Source: an uncultured archaeon
Lineage (GTDB): Archaea; Thermoproteota; Bathyarchaeia; 40CM-2-53-6; CALIRQ01
Assembly (NCBI GenBank): GCA_938042195.1
Contig: CALIRQ010000009.1
Span: 72,262-136,261, forward strand
Direction: 5' to 3'
Length of the DNA stretch: 64,000 bases
Position numbers and translations under genes: made by a program. Below, piece by piece: positions 1 to 10,266 of the stretch. The notes beneath the pieces are model-generated. The model worked only from the letters and a program-made list of their open reading frames with translations. It did not search any database and was not told the origin of the DNA. Each line of letters begins with the position of its first letter. The stretch's first letter is position 1.

Positions 1-824
1 GCGAGGAAGGAGGCGGAGAGGCCATTCCCTCCGAGCCAGCCCCTGATCCAATCCTCCGGCAATAGCCTCCCTATTACCCCGACGACGAAGACCCCGGTCA
101 GGAGCAGGGGGGTTATGATCCTCACGAACCACCAAGTCTCACTAAGCCATTCCCGCAGCCTATCCCGGGATATGGCCTTTAGGGCGTAGATGGCCATGGC
201 GGCTGTGAAGGCGGCCCAGACCAAGACCTTGTTGAGGTAAGGCCCACTTCTCACCAAGTAATTGGGCATTAGGAGGGAGAGTAGTATCAACAATATGAGG
301 GCAAGATCCCGTCGGGCGAAGATCCTTCTATTCGCTCGCTCCCCGCTCGGCTCCCCCGGGGCGACCGCATCTGGCCTCTCGCCTCGGAAGGCCAAGTCCA
401 TGACGCTACCTACGATGAAGGCCATGAAGAGGGCGGCGATCACCCTGGAGGCGGCCATCCACCCGCCGAGGATGCCCCCCGTGTAGGTGAGGGCCAATAT
501 GTTCGCCGCCGGCGCGACCCAGAGGACGATGAAGGCGACGCCGATCCCGGCTCCGCTATAATAAAGTCCACTCGAAACCGGGATCACGGTACAAGAGCAG
601 GCGGCCAGGAAGAAGCTGGAGGCCGCCGCCAGCGAGAAGGATTTAACCTTGTTCGCCCTCTCGCCCAACTGGTCCAAGACGACCTCCCGGTCGATGAAGG
701 TCACCATCGCGCCCGCCAATAGGAAGGCCGGGACGAGGCAGGTCAATACGTGGGCGGCGATGTAGTCCTCTAAGGCGAGCAATCCCGCGGCCGCCAAATC
801 CAAGAGCGCTTCCAACGCCATAGA
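1..824 (-). CDS. Predicted permease (COG0701/DUF318, ArsP-like); partial, C-terminus beyond window start
   Basis: Manual reverse translation from ATG at 824: MALEALLDLAAAGLL... with multiple TM helices and an AACSCTVIPV (CSC) motif typical of this permease family. It is co-located with an ArsR regulator. It is absent from the ORF track because it runs off the window edge. Confidence 0.5.
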
Positions 825-1196
825 GCTTCCTGGTGTTCTGGGGAGATATTTAAACATTTCTACGAATTTAAATATATGATCATTTAGAATTTGTTGGATT
901 GCTTCCGATCGGGGGCCCCATCGATCAGCTCTCCTCTCAGCTGGCCGGTCTCGAAAAACCGGAGGGGCAAATGAAATTGGCCTCAGGTGAGGGGTGACCA
1001 AATTGGCCCCAGGATTTGTAAATGATTCAACATAGATGCGGAAAGCGTACAGCGAAAGGTTTATTTAAACCGCGATGGATCAAGGGATTTTAGGCCTCGC
1101 TGTTCGATTTTCCCGGATTGAAGGTCTTCAATCGATTTCTGGGCCTACAATATATTTAAATATATCATCAGGACCAAAAATATATATGAGAAAAAG

Positions 1197-1583
1197 GTGC
1201 GCGCGATGTCAAAATCCGACCTTAATAGGATCCAAAGGCTTCTGAAATCCGGGCTCTCCAAAGCCGAAAGCCCAGCGCAATATATGAGGGAGCTCAAGAG
1301 GCTGGTGAGGGATGAGGTGCACAAAGGCGCGATCGAAAGGCAGAGCAAGATTCTGAAGGCCCTTTCGAATCCAGAGCGCCTGAAGATAATGAAGCTTCTG
1401 AGCGCTCGAAAAGTCTGCGTATGTGAGATAATGGCCGCCTTGGGCCTATCCCAGACTACGACATCCTATCACCTAAGGGTGCTTAGGAGCGCCGGCTTGG
1501 TGAAGGGTGAGAAAAGAGGCAAGTGGGTCTTTTACACGATATCGAGCCCGGATGCCATGAGGCTATTGGAAAAAGTCGCGTAA
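1197..1583 (+). CDS. ArsR/SmtB-family HTH transcriptional regulator
   Basis: 128 aa with a winged-HTH signature: ERLKIMKLLSARKVCVCEIMAALGLSQTTTSYHLRVLRSAGLV. Confidence 0.85.
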   Translation: MRAMSKSDLNRIQRLLKSGLSKAESPAQYMRELKRLVRDEVHKGAIERQSKILKALSNPERLKIMKLLSARKVCVCEIMAALGLSQTTTSYHLRVLRSAGLVKGEKRGKWVFYTISSPDAMRLLEKVA

Positions 1584-1595
1584 GCGCATCCCCAA

Positions 1596-2735
1596 TCAGA
1601 AGCCGATCCCCAAGAGCACGGAGGCCATCTTACCGATCAAGAATGTCAATCCCGCGGACCCCAAGCCAATCGATACAATTTCCAAGACCTTTCTCCTAAC
1701 TGGCAGGGAGGCCAAGATGGCCACGAGGAACCCAGTGATCGCCAAAGCTACAGCCGCCGATATTACGGAGAGGGGCATCGCGATCGATATCGGGAGGCCG
1801 AGGAAATAGGGGAGCAAAGGTACGAGGGCCCCAGAGATATTCGATAGCCCGGAGTAAATCCCGGCTCTGCGCGGGCTCCCCAATGATTCCCCCTTCAGGC
1901 AGTATTCCTCCTCAGCTATAATCTTGGAGAGCAGATCGTGATCCTTGGAAGATTCCTCAGCCATCGCCCTTGAGAGCTCCGTGCTATATCCCCTTTTCGC
2001 CATGTGACCAATCAGCCTCTCCTTGAATACGTGCGCGACGTACCTCGATGCGTCCCTGACCCTGCGCATGAGGTTTTCGCTGACCTGCCTCTGCGCCTTT
2101 ACGCTGGCGAAGACGCCAATCCCCATAGAAAGCGCGCCGGCCACCGCGACCACGAGCCCGCCCAAGGCCGTGTGGAAGGGGTCCCCGTAGGCCCCCGCCA
2201 AACCGGATGTGATCGACAATATCTCGACCAGCCCATCGTTCATGCCCAAGACGGCGTCCCTGATGTGGGCGATGTGCTCCTTAGCCTTGGATTCCTCCTC
2301 GAGGAGTTCCCGCTCGTGGAGGAGCTCATCCTCCAGAATCTTCCTCATTTGCTCCTTTTCCGATCCATCGATCTCGGGGCTCTCGAGGAGCTTTGAATAG
2401 AGTTCGATGGCCTCGCGCTCATCCCTCTCTAGCAACAGCAGGAAGACCCTGAGGCCCAATAATCTGTGCATGGCGAAGTGGAGGGCGAGCCTTAGGCCGC
2501 ATGCAGCCCCCTTTGGCACCAGGCGGTGCCTCCTCCTGAGGAACTCGCGCCAGAACTCGGCATGGCGGAGTTCCATCTCCGCCATCTTCTCCAATTTCGA
2601 TTCGATCGGCCTCCCCCTATGGGCGATCGCCAAGCGGTCGTATAGGATCGAGGCGTAGATCTCGTCCGATAGCGCCTTCTCGGCCGTTTCCAAGGCACTG
2701 GATGTCGATGTAAAGGCGATTGTTCTTCCGTTCAA
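1596..2735 (-). CDS. Ferritin-like (rubrerythrin/ER) domain fused to a VIT1/CCC1-family iron/manganese transporter
   Basis: 379 aa. The N-terminal region has ferritin-like EExxH-type helices. The central MNDGLVEI motif and C-terminal TM helices are typical of the VIT family. Confidence 0.75.
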   Translation of the reverse strand: MNGRTIAFTSTSSALETAEKALSDEIYASILYDRLAIAHRGRPIESKLEKMAEMELRHAEFWREFLRRRHRLVPKGAACGLRLALHFAMHRLLGLRVFLLLLERDEREAIELYSKLLESPEIDGSEKEQMRKILEDELLHERELLEEESKAKEHIAHIRDAVLGMNDGLVEILSITSGLAGAYGDPFHTALGGLVVAVAGALSMGIGVFASVKAQRQVSENLMRRVRDASRYVAHVFKERLIGHMAKRGYSTELSRAMAEESSKDHDLLSKIIAEEEYCLKGESLGSPRRAGIYSGLSNISGALVPLLPYFLGLPISIAMPLSVISAAVALAITGFLVAILASLPVRRKVLEIVSIGLGSAGLTFLIGKMASVLLGIGF

Positions 2736-3268
2736 TGTATGTATCCCATATAAACGGGATCGAAGCCCTTCACTATTTTGGGCGGACGCCCGCCCAAATC
2801 CGTGCGGGCCATTGTCCCTTCCAAGAGTTCCAAGAGCTCCACTGGCCCTCGGGCGGCAATCCTGGTGGCATGGTGGTCTTCCCCGAATAGCTCCCTGCAG
2901 ATTCCATATACGAGCTCCCTTGTCTGCTCCTCGTCGATATGCCCCAAGCTATGGAGATATTCGTGGAGGAGCGCCACGAAAATATAGGATTTGACCTCTA
3001 TCTCGTCCCTTGCACCGGCCCTCATAGCCTCCAAGGCGAGCCTGTTCATGACTATGGAGTTGGATCCAAAGCTATGTAAAGCCACTATATTGGGCGGCAA
3101 ATCCGCCAAGACGAGCATCAGACCAGCCCTCTCCTTGCCAATGATTGCCTTGACGGCCTTCTTGACGATTAGGAATATTTCCCGGAAGTCCTCGGACTCG
3201 CCCAGGTCCAACCGGACACTTCCGGAGCCCCTCCCCAAACCATCGCGGCTTGGATCCGAGAATCCCAT
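2732..3268 (-). CDS. Small HExxH-motif protein (putative zincin-like metallohydrolase); hypothetical
   Basis: Internal Met (MGFSDPSR...) gives about 179 aa without overlapping pstA. It carries LLHEYLHSLGH (HExxHxxGH). It sits where pstB would be expected in a pst operon. Confidence 0.4.
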   Translation of the reverse strand: MGFSDPSRDGLGRGSGSVRLDLGESEDFREIFLIVKKAVKAIIGKERAGLMLVLADLPPNIVALHSFGSNSIVMNRLALEAMRAGARDEIEVKSYIFVALLHEYLHSLGHIDEEQTRELVYGICRELFGEDHHATRIAARGPVELLELLEGTMARTDLGGRPPKIVKGFDPVYMGYIH

Positions 3269-3309
3269 GGGATTCGCCCCATACTTTATTTTAGGAGCAA
3301 TTAATAAGC

Positions 3310-4152
3310 TTAACGTTGTGAAGCAAATTCCCCACCCCTCCTTATGCCATATTTGACAAATAGGTTTATCGCGAGCACGAGGAGCATGAGGATCAGGGCG
3401 GCCCCCCAAGCCTTCCCATGCCAATCGGCATAGGGAGATATAGCGTATATATAAATCATCAATGGTATTGCTGAAACCGGATGAAGGATGTCGGAGGCGA
3501 ACTTATTGCTGCCGAAGGCCGTGAAGAGGAGCGGGGCTGTTTCCCCCATCACCCTCGCCAAGATCAACAGGGTTCCGGAGGTTATGGATGGAGTCGCCGC
3601 GCCCAAAACTATGTGGATTATTACCCGCCATTTTGGGGCCCCCAAGGCTAAGCCCGCCATCCTCAAATCCAATGGGACGAGTTTAAGGGCCTCCCCGAAG
3701 ATCCTCACCATATTCGGGATGGCGAGTATGCTCAGCGCCATCGCCCCGGCCAAGGCCGAGAATCCATGCCTCAGGACCACGAAGGAGTAGACGAATACGC
3801 CAGCCACTATGCTTGGGGTTCCCGTGAAGGCGTCGTTTACAACCTCTAGAACCTCACCCAACCTTCTATCGCGATATTCCGCCAAGTATATGGCGATCAT
3901 CAAGGATGTCGGGACGCTGATCGCCATAGTAAGGGCCGCGAGGATAATCGAACCCTGTATCGCGTGCGCTATGCCGCCCCCGGCCTCGCCGGGGGGCTTT
4001 GGGAGGGAAGTTAGGAAGGCGGCATCGATTGATCGAATGCCGTTCATCGCCGTGGTCAGGATTATGTGGATCAACGGAAAGGCCACTATAGCCACCGATG
4101 ATGCCGAGAAGACCACCAATAGCCAGTCCTTTACCTCACGGACCTTTGCCAT
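3310..4152 (-). CDS. pstA: Phosphate ABC transporter permease PstA
   Basis: 280 aa polytopic membrane protein with the ABC permease EAA-like region (RVMGETAPLLFTA), downstream of pstC and pstS. Confidence 0.9.
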   Translation of the reverse strand: MAKVREVKDWLLVVFSASSVAIVAFPLIHIILTTAMNGIRSIDAAFLTSLPKPPGEAGGGIAHAIQGSIILAALTMAISVPTSLMIAIYLAEYRDRRLGEVLEVVNDAFTGTPSIVAGVFVYSFVVLRHGFSALAGAMALSILAIPNMVRIFGEALKLVPLDLRMAGLALGAPKWRVIIHIVLGAATPSITSGTLLILARVMGETAPLLFTAFGSNKFASDILHPVSAIPLMIYIYAISPYADWHGKAWGAALILMLLVLAINLFVKYGIRRGGEFASQR

Positions 4153-5135
4153 TTCATCACCACCGACCTTCCGGCCAAGTTTATGAGGAGGGAGATGAGG
4201 ATCAGCAGGAGCGCAATGGCAGTCAGAGAGGAGAGGTAGAAGATATCGGTGGCCTCCGCGAACTCATTCGCCAGCACCGAGGCCATCGTATGGGCGGGGC
4301 TGAGGAGGGAGGGTGAGATCGCATATGAGTTCCCTATCACCATCGTGACCGCCATAGTCTCCCCTATGGCCCTCCCATAGCCCAATATGAGGCCGCCGAT
4401 TATGCCGCTCTTTGCATATGGTATGCTCACGTGCCTTATGACCTCATATCTCCTAGCGCCCAATCCATAAGCGGCCTCCTTCAGTTCCCGCGGTACCATG
4501 AGGAGGCAATCCTTCGACACCGTGACGACTATTGGGGTTATCATGAACGATAGCACGATTATGGCTGCGAGCATCGAAAGGCCGCTCGGGCTCCTGCCGG
4601 AGAAGAGCGGCAAGAATGATAGCGGGGCCAGCAGTGTTTGGAGGTAATCCCTAACGAATGGCACTAGGACGAAGATGCCCCATAGGCCTATTATTACGCT
4701 GGGTATGGCGGCTATTAGCTCCACTACGGCCGAGAGTGGCTCCCTGAGGCCCCTTGGGGATATCTCGGAGAGGAATACGGCCACACCGATCCCCAATACC
4801 GCGGCCGCCAGCAAGGCGAAGGTCGAGGAAACTATCGTGCCATAAATGAACGGGAGGGCGCCGTAGACCCCATTGAGCGGATCCCATCTTTGGCCGAGCA
4901 CGAAGGCGACCCCGAGCCTTCCCCAAGTCAGGCTGGAGGCGGAGAATAGCTCGTGGATGAATATGGCCGAGAAGATCAGGAATAGGATTGAAAAGAGGAG
5001 GGTCAGGGATCCGAACTTATCCCTCATCATTTCCGGATCATCGCTATCGTTTCCAAGTTGAGCCTCTGCACCTCTGGCGGGAGAGGCACATAGTATAGGT
5101 CCTTGCAATATTTCTGCCCTTCGGTCACGGCCCAT
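4131..5135 (-). CDS. pstC: Phosphate ABC transporter permease PstC
   Basis: 334 aa membrane protein with GRAIGETMAVTMVIGN, between pstS and pstA. Confidence 0.9.
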   Translation of the reverse strand: MGRDRRAEILQGPILCASPARGAEAQLGNDSDDPEMMRDKFGSLTLLFSILFLIFSAIFIHELFSASSLTWGRLGVAFVLGQRWDPLNGVYGALPFIYGTIVSSTFALLAAAVLGIGVAVFLSEISPRGLREPLSAVVELIAAIPSVIIGLWGIFVLVPFVRDYLQTLLAPLSFLPLFSGRSPSGLSMLAAIIVLSFMITPIVVTVSKDCLLMVPRELKEAAYGLGARRYEVIRHVSIPYAKSGIIGGLILGYGRAIGETMAVTMVIGNSYAISPSLLSPAHTMASVLANEFAEATDIFYLSSLTAIALLLILISLLINLAGRSVVMKWQRSVR

Positions 5136-6157
5136 CTTAAGAAGCCCACCAAGGCTTGGGCCTTATCCTTGTCCATATAAGATAGGTCCTTATAGACCAA
5201 TAGGTAGGTGAAGCTGGATATGGGATAGGATTCCTCCCCCTCCGCGTCGACGATGCTCACTTTATCCCAAGATTCGTCTCCCCTTGGGAGCTTTGGGACG
5301 GCTGCGGAGGCGGCGCTGGCTATTGTGTCGAAGTTCGCATGGACGAACTTCCCCGCCTTGTTCTTGATGAGCGCATAAGGTATATTGTTTTGAAGGGCGT
5401 ATGTGAGCTCCACGTAGCCGATCGAGTATGGCGTTTGCTTGACGATGGCCGTGACCCCCTCGTTACCCTTGGCTTGGACCCCCCTCGCTCCAATAGCCTC
5501 GGGATAATTGAAGACCTTGCCCCTTCCCACGCCCCTCATCCAATCGCCGCTAACGGCCGATAGATAGTCCGTGAATACGAAGGTCGTTCCGCTAGAATCG
5601 GACCTCTTCACAACGACTATTTCCCTATCCGGGAGCGCCATCCCTTCATTTATTGAGGCGATCCTAGGGTCATTCCATTTGGCGATTTTGCCCAAATATA
5701 TGTCGGCCAAAACGCCGCCGCTCAACCTCAGCCTCCCCTCGATCCCCGGGAGATTATAGGCCAAAACTACGGCCCCAATGGTTTCCGGGAGATGCAGGAG
5801 GCCCGGAGCCCTCTTCGCCTCATCTGGCGTTAGGGGCGCGTCCGAAGCCCCGAAATCCACAGTTCTCTCCGATATCTGCTTTATGCCTCCCCCGCTTCCT
5901 ATGCTTTGGTAGTTAATGGCTACCATGCCATTGGTAAAGGCCTCGTATTCTTGGGACCATTTCGCTATGAGAGGGTAGGGGAACGTGGCCCCGGCCCCCA
6001 AGAGGACGATCCTCCTTCCAAGGGTGGGCTCGGTGCCGGTTTGGGTCGTAACCGTTGGTTGAGGTGGTCCGATTGGCCGCTGGAGCGTTAGAGACGCTAC
6101 CGCAATTATTACCAAAGCGAGTATTGCTGCGATTACAAACTTTTTTTGAATGCCCAT
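5027..6157 (-). CDS. pstS: Phosphate-binding protein PstS (substrate-binding lipoprotein)
   Basis: 376 aa with an N-terminal signal/TM segment and AGATFPYPLIAKW...SGGG periplasmic-binding motifs. Confidence 0.9.
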   Translation of the reverse strand: MGIQKKFVIAAILALVIIAVASLTLQRPIGPPQPTVTTQTGTEPTLGRRIVLLGAGATFPYPLIAKWSQEYEAFTNGMVAINYQSIGSGGGIKQISERTVDFGASDAPLTPDEAKRAPGLLHLPETIGAVVLAYNLPGIEGRLRLSGGVLADIYLGKIAKWNDPRIASINEGMALPDREIVVVKRSDSSGTTFVFTDYLSAVSGDWMRGVGRGKVFNYPEAIGARGVQAKGNEGVTAIVKQTPYSIGYVELTYALQNNIPYALIKNKAGKFVHANFDTIASAASAAVPKLPRGDESWDKVSIVDAEGEESYPISSFTYLLVYKDLSYMDKDKAQALVGFLRWAVTEGQKYCKDLYYVPLPPEVQRLNLETIAMIRK

Positions 6158-6239
6158 CTTTCCATCACCTCGCCGAACCTTATATAATCGCCAAATATAT
6201 ATATTTCTGCAATATTCTAAATAGTTTCCCGAAAACTAT

Positions 6240-7268
6240 ATGGGAGATGGAGGCCCATTGAGCAAAAGGGAAGTCAGGAGGATCCAAGTAACCGGCGGCT
6301 CAACCTTTATAGTTTCCTTACCGAAGTGGTGGGCGGAGGATCTGAAACTGAGGCGGGGCGACCTATTGGACATCTTGCCCCAACCGGACCAATCCCTAGT
6401 CATCATCCCAAGGGGCAGATCCGATGAGGGGAAGATGTCCGCCTCTATAGATGCTACCTCCATCGAGGATGCCGAGGGGATCGTGAGGCTCCTAATAGCG
6501 CGCTATCTGGCCGGATACGATACGATAAGCATCCGATTCAGCGGTCATGCGCCGGATTTTGGATATAGAATCAAGGACGCTATAAGGAGGAAGCTCGTCG
6601 GGGTGGAGGTCATGGAGAGTTCCTCCGATCGCATTGTGGTGCAATCCCTCATCGGACATTTGGAATTTCCACTCAAGGCCGCGATAAGCCGCATGTACGT
6701 GCTCTCCTCGATGATGCATAGGGATGCCGTCAGAGCCCTCAAGGAGGTTAATCTTTCGCTAGCCGATGACGTTGAGCAACGGGACGACGACGTGGATCGC
6801 CTATACTTCTTCGTGGTCCGGCAGCTAAAGTCCGCGGTGGTGGATAGATCGCTGATAAAGGAGTTGGGCCTCAGCGGCCCGAAGGATTGCCTCGGGTATA
6901 GGCTTGTGGCGAAGAGCCTCGAGAGGATAGCTGACCATGCCATCAATATAGCGCAGGCGGCCCGCATGCTGAGCGCGCCCGTGGGAAAGGAGCTCATGGG
7001 ATCCATCGAGGAGGTAAGCTCCGTCGCTATGAATGTTTGCGAGTATGCCATGAGGGCCCTAAGCAGGCTCGATGTGGAATTAGCGCAAAGGTCCATATCC
7101 CTAGCCCGGGAGGTTGAGGCGTTCGAGGGGACTTTAACAAAGAGGATCCTAGAATCCGGCGCGACGTCCCAGTCCATGATCGGCCTGAGACTGGCCTTGG
7201 AGAGCATTCGCAGGACGGCCGATTATGGCGCGGATATATCCGAGATCGCCATAAACCTCTCGGCCTAA
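6240..7268 (+). CDS. phoU: Phosphate uptake regulator, PhoU family, with N-terminal SpoVT/AbrB-like swapped-hairpin domain
   Basis: 342 aa with an N-terminal VTGGSTFIVSLPKWWAEDLKLRRGD (AbrB-like) region followed by two PhoU repeats (DDVDRLY..., ERIADHA...). It is divergent from the pst operon. Confidence 0.85.
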   Translation: MGDGGPLSKREVRRIQVTGGSTFIVSLPKWWAEDLKLRRGDLLDILPQPDQSLVIIPRGRSDEGKMSASIDATSIEDAEGIVRLLIARYLAGYDTISIRFSGHAPDFGYRIKDAIRRKLVGVEVMESSSDRIVVQSLIGHLEFPLKAAISRMYVLSSMMHRDAVRALKEVNLSLADDVEQRDDDVDRLYFFVVRQLKSAVVDRSLIKELGLSGPKDCLGYRLVAKSLERIADHAINIAQAARMLSAPVGKELMGSIEEVSSVAMNVCEYAMRALSRLDVELAQRSISLAREVEAFEGTLTKRILESGATSQSMIGLRLALESIRRTADYGADISEIAINLSA

Positions 7269-7361
7269 AGGGCCGGAGCGCCTGTTCCCACCCGTTGATT
7301 TCTGTTAAACGTCCCGAAATCTTTTATTACCGCTCCCGACTAACCCATTAAGCGTTCAGGG

Positions 7362-7727
7362 ATGTCCCAAATAATCAAGGCAACGTCCTCGAATTGGAAA
7401 GATTTAATGAAGTCCGAGGTACCGGTCGTCGTGGAGTTCTACACGCCCACCTGTCCGTTCTGTAGGCAATTGACCCCAATATTGGATAAGCTCTCTCGGG
7501 AGTACGCCGGGAGGTTGAAATTTGCGATGGTGGACGCATCAATGGAGAGCGAACTCGCCTTGGGATATGGCATAATGGGCGTTCCAACGATCAAGTTCTT
7601 CTGCGCCGGCAGGCCGATCGGGGAGATGGTCGGCCTCAGATCCGAGGGCGAGCTCAGGGCAAGCCTTGAGGATATATTGAAAAGATATAGGAGATGCGTT
7701 TCGGAGAGCTCACCGCTTTACGCCTGA
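7362..7727 (+). CDS. Thioredoxin
   Basis: 121 aa with a CPFC active site (FYTPTCPFCRQL) and a Trx fold signature (GVPTIKFF). Confidence 0.85.
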   Translation: MSQIIKATSSNWKDLMKSEVPVVVEFYTPTCPFCRQLTPILDKLSREYAGRLKFAMVDASMESELALGYGIMGVPTIKFFCAGRPIGEMVGLRSEGELRASLEDILKRYRRCVSESSPLYA

Positions 7728-7809
7728 CCATCCGACGGCCAAACCCCAGTGGTTGCCTGGCTAATGGGTGGAGGGGCTCCATCGCGAGCCGGTCCCCTTG
7801 GCCAATGGC

Positions 7810-10095
7810 CTAGGCCAATTTCCAGCGCTTCTCCAACGATCTGCTGGCGAATATGGCTTGGCCTATCGAGGTCCCATTATCGCCGGGTGGGATCAACTTG
7901 GGCAGGCTGAGAATGTACCCCTCCCCCTCCACCCTCTCCCCGATCGCCCTAGTTATATGCTCGTTATAGGCCACCCCGCCCGTGAACCCTATAAACTTGA
8001 CCCCCCGAGCCCCCGCCTCGCCGCAGGCCAATTCGGCCAATCCCCTCGCGAGGTATTCCTCCGAGGATCTGGCTAGGTCCTCCTTGCGGAATCGATTCCT
8101 TTGCCTGAAGACCTCCTCTAGGAGTATATCTGTCTTCAGTACCCCGCCCTCCAGCTCGGGCTCGAGCCCTAGAACGTCCCTCCCCTTGGAGGCGGCCGCC
8201 TCGAGCTTCATGGCCGGCTCCCCCTCATAGGTCCTCTCCCAGCAAATGTCCAGCAGAACAGCGATCGCATCGAGCATCCTCCCGAGGCTGGTCGTCTTGA
8301 TAGTTCCCCTCCTGGCTTGGGAGATTATCGCCTCCGCCTCCCTTGGGCCATGGGGGAGCCTCCAAGCCCTTTCGAGGAACCATTCCTCTACATCCCCCCT
8401 ACCGAGCAGTGCCCCAACCACGACCCTTATCGGATATCTGGCCGCGAGATCTCCGCCCGGGAGCGGGTGCTCTTGGAGGTGCCCAACCCTCTCGATCCTT
8501 TCGCCGTCGCAATAGAAGACCTCTCCCCCCCAAGCCTGTCCATCCAATCCATAGCCATAACCATCGCATACGATGCCGATCGCCTCCTCCAAGCCGCTCT
8601 CCTCCATGAGGCCCAATAGATGGGCATGATGATGCTGTACCCTGACGACCTCGATCCCGAGCTCCCCCCCAAACCTCTCCGCCAATGCGGTCGTATGGAA
8701 GGAGGGGTGGAGATCGCATCCTATGGCGCGCGGCTCGGCTCCCGTCAACATCAATAAATGTTCCGTCGCGGACCTCAAGAACTTTATCGAGTCCGGGGAC
8801 TCCACATCCCCTATGTACTGCGATGGGTATGCCAAGTTCCCTTTCAAAACGCATGAGCTGACATTGGCTTCGGCCCCGATGCCTATCGAATGATGGCCGA
8901 AGCCATGGGAGAGGGTTATGGGGAGGGGGACGAAGCCTCTCGACCTCCTTATGAATACCGGGGCGGTCCCGTTCACCCTGACTACGGAATCGTCGCATCT
9001 ATGGAGTATCGCCCGGTTATGGATCAGGAAATAATCCACAACCTCCCGGAGCCTCTCGAACGCCTCCCCATCGTCCTTGACTATCGGCTCTCCGGGGAAG
9101 TTGGCGCTGGTCATCACGAAGGCTGGCTCCCCAACGCCATCGAATAGCATGAAATGCAATCCCGTGTAGGGCAACATGACCCCGATGTTATGAAGGCCGG
9201 GGGATATCAGCTCCGAAAGATAGAAATCGTCGCGCTTCTTCAGGAGCACTATCGGCCTCGAGTAGGACGTCAAAAGCGATTCCTCGGCCTCATTCACGAG
9301 TGCGAAGGTCTTCACCGTTTCAAGATCTCGCGCCATTATCGCGAACGGCTTCTGCCTCCTATGCTTGAACCTCCTCGCCCTCGCGATGGCATCGGACCTC
9401 AGGGCCGATATGGCCATATGATACCCCCCTATTCCCTTTATCGCTATTATGGCGCCCCCCTCCAACAACTTCCCAGCGGCCCTTATCGGATCCCCTCCTC
9501 CAACCTTCGAGCCGTTCCTGTCGTATAGGGCCACGGCCGGGCCGCAGGCCGCGCAAGCGATCGTCTGGGCGTGGAACCTCCTATCCAAGGGATCCGAGTA
9601 CTCATTGGCGCAGGATTCGCAGAGACCGAACTCATTCATCGCCGTATTGACCCTATCATATGGTGGCCTCTCGATTATGGTGAACCTCGGCCCGCAATTC
9701 GTGCAGGTTATGAAGAAATAATCGAACCTCCTATTCCCGGGATCCCTCAGCTCGGCGAGGCATTCATCGCATATGGATATATCTGGCGGTATTATCGAGC
9801 CGGGGGATTCCCTCCGCTCATCGCTCCCCAGTATGGAGAAATCCTCTAATCCGCAGCCGGCGGGGATCTCCTCAACCGAAAGGCTCTCTATCTTGGACAT
9901 CGGAGGCGGTCCGTTGCGGAGGGCGGAAAGGAGGCCCTCTATGCCCTCGGGCTCCCCCTCCGCCACTATCTCAACCCCGGCGTCGCCAGTGTTTCTGACG
10001 AATCCCTTCAGGCCGCGCCCCTTCGCGACCCTGTAGACGAACGGCCTGAAGCCAACCCCCTGGACCACCCCCCCAACCCTTATCCTAACCCTCAA
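7810..10095 (-). CDS. hypF: Carbamoyltransferase HypF ([NiFe]-hydrogenase maturation factor type)
   Basis: 761 aa with an acylphosphatase domain (VQGVGFRPFV), two zinc-finger CxxC pairs (ICDECLAEL.../CTNCGPRF; CESCANEY/CAACGP), a YrdC-like domain and a Kae1/Tcp-like carbamoyltransferase domain. Confidence 0.95.
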   Translation of the reverse strand: MRVRIRVGGVVQGVGFRPFVYRVAKGRGLKGFVRNTGDAGVEIVAEGEPEGIEGLLSALRNGPPPMSKIESLSVEEIPAGCGLEDFSILGSDERRESPGSIIPPDISICDECLAELRDPGNRRFDYFFITCTNCGPRFTIIERPPYDRVNTAMNEFGLCESCANEYSDPLDRRFHAQTIACAACGPAVALYDRNGSKVGGGDPIRAAGKLLEGGAIIAIKGIGGYHMAISALRSDAIARARRFKHRRQKPFAIMARDLETVKTFALVNEAEESLLTSYSRPIVLLKKRDDFYLSELISPGLHNIGVMLPYTGLHFMLFDGVGEPAFVMTSANFPGEPIVKDDGEAFERLREVVDYFLIHNRAILHRCDDSVVRVNGTAPVFIRRSRGFVPLPITLSHGFGHHSIGIGAEANVSSCVLKGNLAYPSQYIGDVESPDSIKFLRSATEHLLMLTGAEPRAIGCDLHPSFHTTALAERFGGELGIEVVRVQHHHAHLLGLMEESGLEEAIGIVCDGYGYGLDGQAWGGEVFYCDGERIERVGHLQEHPLPGGDLAARYPIRVVVGALLGRGDVEEWFLERAWRLPHGPREAEAIISQARRGTIKTTSLGRMLDAIAVLLDICWERTYEGEPAMKLEAAASKGRDVLGLEPELEGGVLKTDILLEEVFRQRNRFRKEDLARSSEEYLARGLAELACGEAGARGVKFIGFTGGVAYNEHITRAIGERVEGEGYILSLPKLIPPGDNGTSIGQAIFASRSLEKRWKLA

Positions 10096-10266
10096 GACCG
10101 CGGCTCACCCCGCGAGGGGCGGGGGAAGGTTCATGGTTCCATTTGGGGCTCGGCTCTGGTTTCATCGGGCATCGGTTTCCCAATACCAGCTCTCGTCATC
10201 GCCCCGAGGCTAAAAGTTTTTATTGGTTATAATGAACCCGCTTATAAAATTGACCGAAGCCGGGCG

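Noticed and set aside
2004-2396. 130-aa ORF on the plus strand inside the VIT/ferritin-like gene
   Set aside because: It is antisense to a well-supported gene, it is Arg/Pro/Gly-rich, and it has the shadow-ORF composition typical of GC-rich DNA.
8399-8998. 199-aa ORF and several 80-120 aa ORFs antisense to hypF (8246-9849 region)
   Set aside because: They are shadow ORFs inside hypF with R/G/P-rich low-complexity translations.
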